IMG/VR virus record: IMGVR_UViG_3300029288_000079
Span: 32,001 to 96,000 of that record
Source of the DNA: a virus
Lineage: Duplodnaviria; Caudoviricetes
Direction: 5' to 3' (one strand)
DNA: 64,000 nt
Notes under the pieces: generated by a model
The model's input: the letters and a program-made list of their open reading frames with translations, nothing else
Databases searched by the model: none
Told to the model about the DNA's origin: nothing
Made by a program: the position numbers and the translations under genes
Part shown: positions 59,209-64,000 of the stretch, one piece after another
How positions within the stretch are numbered: the first letter of the stretch is position 1
Layout: every line of letters starts with the position of its first letter

Positions 59209-59700
59209 TTATTTCTCCAATATGGGATCTAAAATATTTAACATGGCGGGTGTTATTCCAGATTCAGGAAGCAAATCTAGTTTAACTTTAGATAAGACAA
59301 TTTCCACGTCTTCCTTTAAAATATCTTCAACCTCTTTCAACTGTAACCTACGCTTCTCTAATGTATCTTTATGAGTTTCACCCAGCTTTTTAAATTCTTC
59401 ATTGAATTTTACCAACCCATCTCCAGATAATTTATAAGAATTATTTTCAATAATGGGTTGATTATCCTTATCTTTTTCAGCATAAGTTTTAGCTAATGTA
59501 GCTCTTTCTTCATCATATTTTTTAAACATATCATCGGGATTCCCAACCTTTTTGATAATTTCTACTAAAGAATCTAGTACAGATAGGTTAGTTAATATTA
59601 TATAACTAAATTTAGTTTTAACTAACATTTTTCCTGTGTTGATCTCATTTTCTAAATACTTAAGAATATTCCAAAGTTCTACAGCCTGGCTCTTAAACAT
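59209..59700 (-). CDS. Hypothetical helical protein after tail fibre (possible fibre chaperone)
   Basis: AAGGAG SD; position. Confidence 0.5.
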   Translation of the reverse strand: MFKSQAVELWNILKYLENEINTGKMLVKTKFSYIILTNLSVLDSLVEIIKKVGNPDDMFKKYDEERATLAKTYAEKDKDNQPIIENNSYKLSGDGLVKFNEEFKKLGETHKDTLEKRRLQLKEVEDILKEDVEIVLSKVKLDLLPESGITPAMLNILDPILEK

Positions 59701-59730
59701 GACTCTCTCCTTTAATTTATAATTAATTAA

Positions 59731-62700
59731 TTATAACTTCACTATACCTACCTTATACAACGTCCCACCAACATCTAGTTGTATATACTGTGTTGTATCT
59801 AATGAAACTGTGGCAGCCACACGAACACCAAATTTCCAAAATGCAGCAGTACCTCCACTGGGAGCCCCTGTCTTCAAACCACCAGTAACCAAGCACTGAG
59901 CTGCGGTTATATAAAATCCATAACCAGCAGCGTTGGTCTGAGTACCAGCATACAAAGCATTGCCATTATTAGCTGCTGCATAAATAACATCACCTGCAGT
60001 AGTACCACCAGGACCAACAGTAAGTGTGCCCACAACTGTCACCTTACCACTAAAGTAGCCAGCATGAACTGCGCCCCCTGTATAAGCAGTACCAGCTATT
60101 GCATATAATGCATAACTTGTTGATCCTGTGTTTGTAGCATTACCCCCTTGTGCATAAATACCGTAAGAAATAGCAGTACCTGCATCTACATTTTGTGCAA
60201 GTCCGCCAAGAAAATATCCAGCATAAGAGTACTGAGTTCCTACGGAGCAGTAATTAACTCCTCCAGTTACTTTCAACGCATAAGAACTTGTGTCTGTTGT
60301 GTTATTAGTATTAGTGATATTAAACACACCAGTTGCCCCATCCACATCTTGCGAGATGGTCATTGTAGCAGCTGTTGAAGTCAAAGGGCTATTTGCCAAT
60401 CCCGTAGCATCAGAAACATGGTAAGGTACATAGCTATTAGTAAGACCACTAAGTTTAGCTGTTACAAATACAGGACTATCAGCTGTAGTTAACCCAGATA
60501 CAACAGACTGATTTAATGTTTGCCAACTTTTATCACCTCTCCAATACTGAGATACAGATCCTGTAGATATTACTGGTTCATACACTCCAGTATGTAAATG
60601 ATCACCATAAGCAGCGGTTGCATGGTCTGTTCCAAATCCTGGAAAAGTAGTTAAACCATTCCAATTAGACTGATCTGTAGTTGTAGGAATATAATATCCA
60701 CTTCCAGAACTTACTGTAATATTTGTAGTTCCAGATCCAGAAATTACTCCTGTTAATGTAATATTTTGATTCTCAGTTAAAAAAGTAGAATTATCATAAG
60801 ATATTAAAGATCCTGAAGCTTTTATAAAACCTAATCCATTTATAATATTTTGTTTATTATAAAATGTATTCCAATCAGTAGATGATAATACACCAGTAGT
60901 AGATATAGATGCTGAAGCAATAGATATCTCTTGAATGTTTAATGATAACCCATTTGAAGGACTTCCTATAGTAACAGGTGGATGTGGAGCATAGGTATTA
61001 TCCCAAGTTAAACTTCCAGAACCATTATTGTATAAATGTCCAATATCATTAGATAAATTTCCTATTGTAGTTAAATTTGCATATGCATTTTGTTTATTAT
61101 AAAATGTATTCCAATCAGTAGAATCCAGATAACCAGATATAGAAGAAGAAGATTTTGTAATTTGCAAAGTAACTCCAGACCCAATAACAGACCCAGAACC
61201 TCCTGTAATTACAATAACAGAGCTTTCAATTTCAGTTAAATTACCCTTTGCAAGAACTGCTTCTCTAGATGTGTCAATAGGATGAACATGATCGGCTCTT
61301 GGAAGATTTTCAAGAAAACCAACTGAAACCTCTCCATTCATCTTTATATTACTTATGGATGTTTCAAAATCTTTATTAAAAGTAGAGCCAGAAGCAATTC
61401 CTATAAGAGATGTTCCATTGTTAAAAATAGCAATTTGCCCAGAGCTTCCAGACCCTATAATAGGATTTGTTAATAAGTCTTGTTTACTATTAAATGTATT
61501 CCAATCTTCTGAAGATAAATAACCATCAGTAGAAGCTGAAGATTTTTGTACAGATATAGAAGTACCTGAACCTATAACAGAATTTGTACCTCCTGTAATT
61601 GTTAAGATAGAAGATCCTGTTTCTGTTAAAGAACCAGATGAAAATGCATTTTGTTTAGAGTTCCATGTAACTGCAGAAGATATATAAGCATCAGCAAGAG
61701 GTGTACCAAGAGTAATTCCACCACTAAAGCCAACACTGCCACTATTCCCAGTTAATACATTTGAATTGGGTAGAGTTAGAGTGCCAAATAATTGTGTTGA
61801 ACCATCCCCAAAAACTGCAAGTCCCGTTTCCCAGCCACTCAACCCCTGTAAGCGCGTTGCAAAACCAGACCAGTTACCACATGTCAATATAATATCGTCA
61901 ACTGAATTTATAAAAAACTGCCCACTCCCGGTGTGTTCAAAAAAAGAACCACCACCAATCGCCGACGCAACAAAGTGCATTTGTGATGTCCCATCAGTTT
62001 TACTGTAAATATTCCCACAAGTCAGCGTACCCGGCCCTATATCTATTGCACCAAAGCCACTTGTAATACTGCCAGAAGCTAATGCACCCACAGTTGTAAT
62101 TGTAGATGAACCAGTATTCGCCAAAGCAGCCATTGTTCCAATGTTGGTAGCAGATAGATCCCCAGTGATAACTGTATTCCCATAAATATTTACAACTCCA
62201 TTTGCACCAGCACCGGCACCATAGCCAACCTGTATAGCAACACTACCACCATCGCCTTCATTCGCTGCACTACCTGCCTGAATACTTATAGAGCCACCAT
62301 CACCAGAGGTTGCTCCACCATTATTTGCATACAGAGCTATAGAACCACCACCTTCAATTTCTCCTGCAGACTCCGAATAACCTAATTCTAAGAGATTACC
62401 CTCAAAGCTAAAATAAGGTTTTTGTTCTTGTCCTACACCAACACCCGTAATATAGCCAGCATCAATTTCTGTTAGCCAATTTCCAGCTTCCCCTAATGTG
62501 ATGGAGCCACTAGCAGTTATATTACCACTACTATTAATATCACCACAATCTAGAGTTCCATTAATAGTTAAAACTCCTACATCGCTACGATATAATGTAA
62601 TATCATTATTCCAACTTAATTTACCCTCAGTAGCGAATCTGATTGCAGCATTCTCAGTTCCTCCTACTGTTTGATCATCAAAATAAGCACCCCAAGCATT

Positions 62701-64000
62701 TGTCATCGTGCCATTTTGAAGTAGATGTGCTACAAATTTAACTCCTATAGCGTTAGTACTTATTGTTGCAGCACCACCACCCATCCAACTATTATGTTGT
62801 ACTTGGGTAGATATACCTATTAAGTCTGTTACGGTGCCCGCAGCTAAATTAATCGAGATAAACTTTCCTGCAATTACTAACGCTGGAGCATAGTTACCAT
62901 TAGTAGCACCACCTGTCCCTATAGATACATTTGATTCTATCCCATACGCTATTGCTGGTTGTACAGAACCTGATGGATCAGTATGTCTTACAAATCTTGC
63001 AGCCCCTGTTTCATCAATAGCATTATATGGAATAGGTCCTACTCTATCTACACATAATAAAGCATGTGGAGTCATATTCAACACACGGTCTGCAATATAC
63101 ATTGAAGCTTTTGTTCTGTCAGTACCAGGATTTATTCTTACATTCCCATTAACCAGTAACTGATTAATATTAGATGTACCACCAATTCCTACCAAACCAA
63201 TACTACTTATACTCATTCTAGCTACACCAGTAGGATAATCACCCCCTGTATAAAATACATAACCTCCGTTACCAGTAATCCAATTTACATTTCCATCATA
63301 ATCAGTCCGCCACTTTGCCGATAAATTCCCATTTACAAACGAACTAATTACATTCTGTCCTGTGGCACTCGGATTCGTCATTATTATATGAGAACCAGCA
63401 CCTCCAACATTAGTATAGTCTATATTGGTTTTATTAATAGTTAAACTATCACCACAACCAATAGAGCCACTTGCACTTAATCCACCACAAGTTTCAACTG
63501 TTCCAAGAGTAGTAATATTTGTACTACCTGCCCAAGTAGATAGTGCTGTATCTTCAACGGATCCTAACCCTACAGCAGACTTATCCAATGTCTGCCAACT
63601 CTTGTCCCCTCTCCAATACTGAGATACAGATCCTGTAGATATTACTGGTTCATACACTCCAGTATGAGTATGATCCCCATATGCTGCATGTGTATGGTCT
63701 GTTCCAAATCCTGGAAAAGTAGTTAAACCATTCCAATTAGACTGATCTGTAGTTGTAGGTATATAATATCCACTTCCAGAACTTACTGTAATATTTGTAG
63801 TTCCAGATCCAGAAATTACTCCTGTTAATGTAATATTTTGATTCTCAGTTAAAAAAGTAGAATTATCATAAGATATTAAAGATCCTGAAGCTTTTATAAA
63901 ACCTAATCCATTTATAATATTTTGTTTATTATAAAATGTATTCCAATCAGTAGATGATAAATAACCATCAGTAGAAGCTGAAGATTTTTGTACAGATATA
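59731..64000 (-). CDS. Long tail fibre protein, 5' end outside the window
   Basis: Frame stays open from 63657 to 64000; DWNTFxxKQ, QYWRGDKSWQTL, DHxH and RADHVHP repeats. Confidence 0.8.
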   Translation of the reverse strand, partial: ISVQKSSASTDGYLSSTDWNTFYNKQNIINGLGFIKASGSLISYDNSTFLTENQNITLTGVISGSGTTNITVSSGSGYYIPTTTDQSNWNGLTTFPGFGTDHTHAAYGDHTHTGVYEPVISTGSVSQYWRGDKSWQTLDKSAVGLGSVEDTALSTWAGSTNITTLGTVETCGGLSASGSIGCGDSLTINKTNIDYTNVGGAGSHIIMTNPSATGQNVISSFVNGNLSAKWRTDYDGNVNWITGNGGYVFYTGGDYPTGVARMSISSIGLVGIGGTSNINQLLVNGNVRINPGTDRTKASMYIADRVLNMTPHALLCVDRVGPIPYNAIDETGAARFVRHTDPSGSVQPAIAYGIESNVSIGTGGATNGNYAPALVIAGKFISINLAAGTVTDLIGISTQVQHNSWMGGGAATISTNAIGVKFVAHLLQNGTMTNAWGAYFDDQTVGGTENAAIRFATEGKLSWNNDITLYRSDVGVLTINGTLDCGDINSSGNITASGSITLGEAGNWLTEIDAGYITGVGVGQEQKPYFSFEGNLLELGYSESAGEIEGGGSIALYANNGGATSGDGGSISIQAGSAANEGDGGSVAIQVGYGAGAGANGVVNIYGNTVITGDLSATNIGTMAALANTGSSTITTVGALASGSITSGFGAIDIGPGTLTCGNIYSKTDGTSQMHFVASAIGGGSFFEHTGSGQFFINSVDDIILTCGNWSGFATRLQGLSGWETGLAVFGDGSTQLFGTLTLPNSNVLTGNSGSVGFSGGITLGTPLADAYISSAVTWNSKQNAFSSGSLTETGSSILTITGGTNSVIGSGTSISVQKSSASTDGYLSSEDWNTFNSKQDLLTNPIIGSGSSGQIAIFNNGTSLIGIASGSTFNKDFETSISNIKMNGEVSVGFLENLPRADHVHPIDTSREAVLAKGNLTEIESSVIVITGGSGSVIGSGVTLQITKSSSSISGYLDSTDWNTFYNKQNAYANLTTIGNLSNDIGHLYNNGSGSLTWDNTYAPHPPVTIGSPSNGLSLNIQEISIASASISTTGVLSSTDWNTFYNKQNIINGLGFIKASGSLISYDNSTFLTENQNITLTGVISGSGTTNITVSSGSGYYIPTTTDQSNWNGLTTFPGFGTDHATAAYGDHLHTGVYEPVISTGSVSQYWRGDKSWQTLNQSVVSGLTTADSPVFVTAKLSGLTNSYVPYHVSDATGLANSPLTSTAATMTISQDVDGATGVFNITNTNNTTDTSSYALKVTGGVNYCSVGTQYSYAGYFLGGLAQNVDAGTAISYGIYAQGGNATNTGSTSYALYAIAGTAYTGGAVHAGYFSGKVTVVGTLTVGPGGTTAGDVIYAAANNGNALYAGTQTNAAGYGFYITAAQCLVTGGLKTGAPSGGTAAFWKFGVRVAATVSLDTTQYIQLDVGGTLYKVGIVKL
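60536..63960. repeat. ~350-bp near-identical direct repeat in tail fibre (60536-60888 and ~63608-63960)
   Basis: Direct comparison; differences cluster in the DH(AT/TH)AAYGDH(L/T)H segment. Confidence 0.85.

Noticed and set aside
2871-63622. Plus-strand ORFs in the track (e.g. 2871-3227, 38233-38712, 51148-51411)
   Set aside because: All are antisense shadows of well-supported minus-strand genes with no recognisable motifs.
35582-64000. Diversity-generating retroelement acting on the fibre repeats
   Set aside because: No reverse transcriptase in the window; repeats are in-frame coding copies and their differences are not adenine-specific.
1-64000. Integron integrase or other recombinase gene
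   Set aside because: No ORF with tyrosine-recombinase R-H-R-Y motifs in the window; it may lie elsewhere or be host-supplied.

Overview
This window is a 64-kb internal segment of a large, AT-rich contractile-tailed phage (myovirus morphotype). Essentially all real genes lie on the minus strand in the standard genetic code. In transcription order (right to left) it contains: (1) a virion module at ~64000-35580 (repetitive tail fibre truncated by the window edge, putative endolysin, neck/completion proteins, sheath, tube, chaperones, tape measure, hub, amidase fusion, spike, baseplate wedge/J and a 1486-aa repeat protein); (2) two metallophosphoesterases; (3) a ~20-kb glycan cluster at 33448-13652 (seven glycosyltransferase genes, a SAM methyltransferase, two B12-type radical SAM enzymes, Gmd, two Fcl-like reductases, a PanB homologue, a TPP enzyme and a ColD-type 3-dehydratase); (4) a sigma-70 factor, exonuclease, MazG-like and macrodomain proteins, class II RNR and an SF2 helicase; (5) an accessory island at ~3086-5860; (6) a Dam-like methylase, a DnaC-like loader and the start of a DnaB-like helicase. 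Three observations stand out. First, the accessory island is punctuated by integron attC-like sites whose R'/R'' boxes cross-match as in a cassette array, but the genes are inverted, start inside the attC loops and in one case fill the loop, and no integrase is present in the window. Second, the glycan cluster looks like an undescribed pathway for a branched 3,6-dideoxy GDP-sugar that recruits PanB. Third, predicted surface-exposed virion proteins are studded with an (A/S)-S-G-S motif that could be the O-glycosylation sequon for that pathway. All functional calls come from motif recognition by eye; no searches were run.
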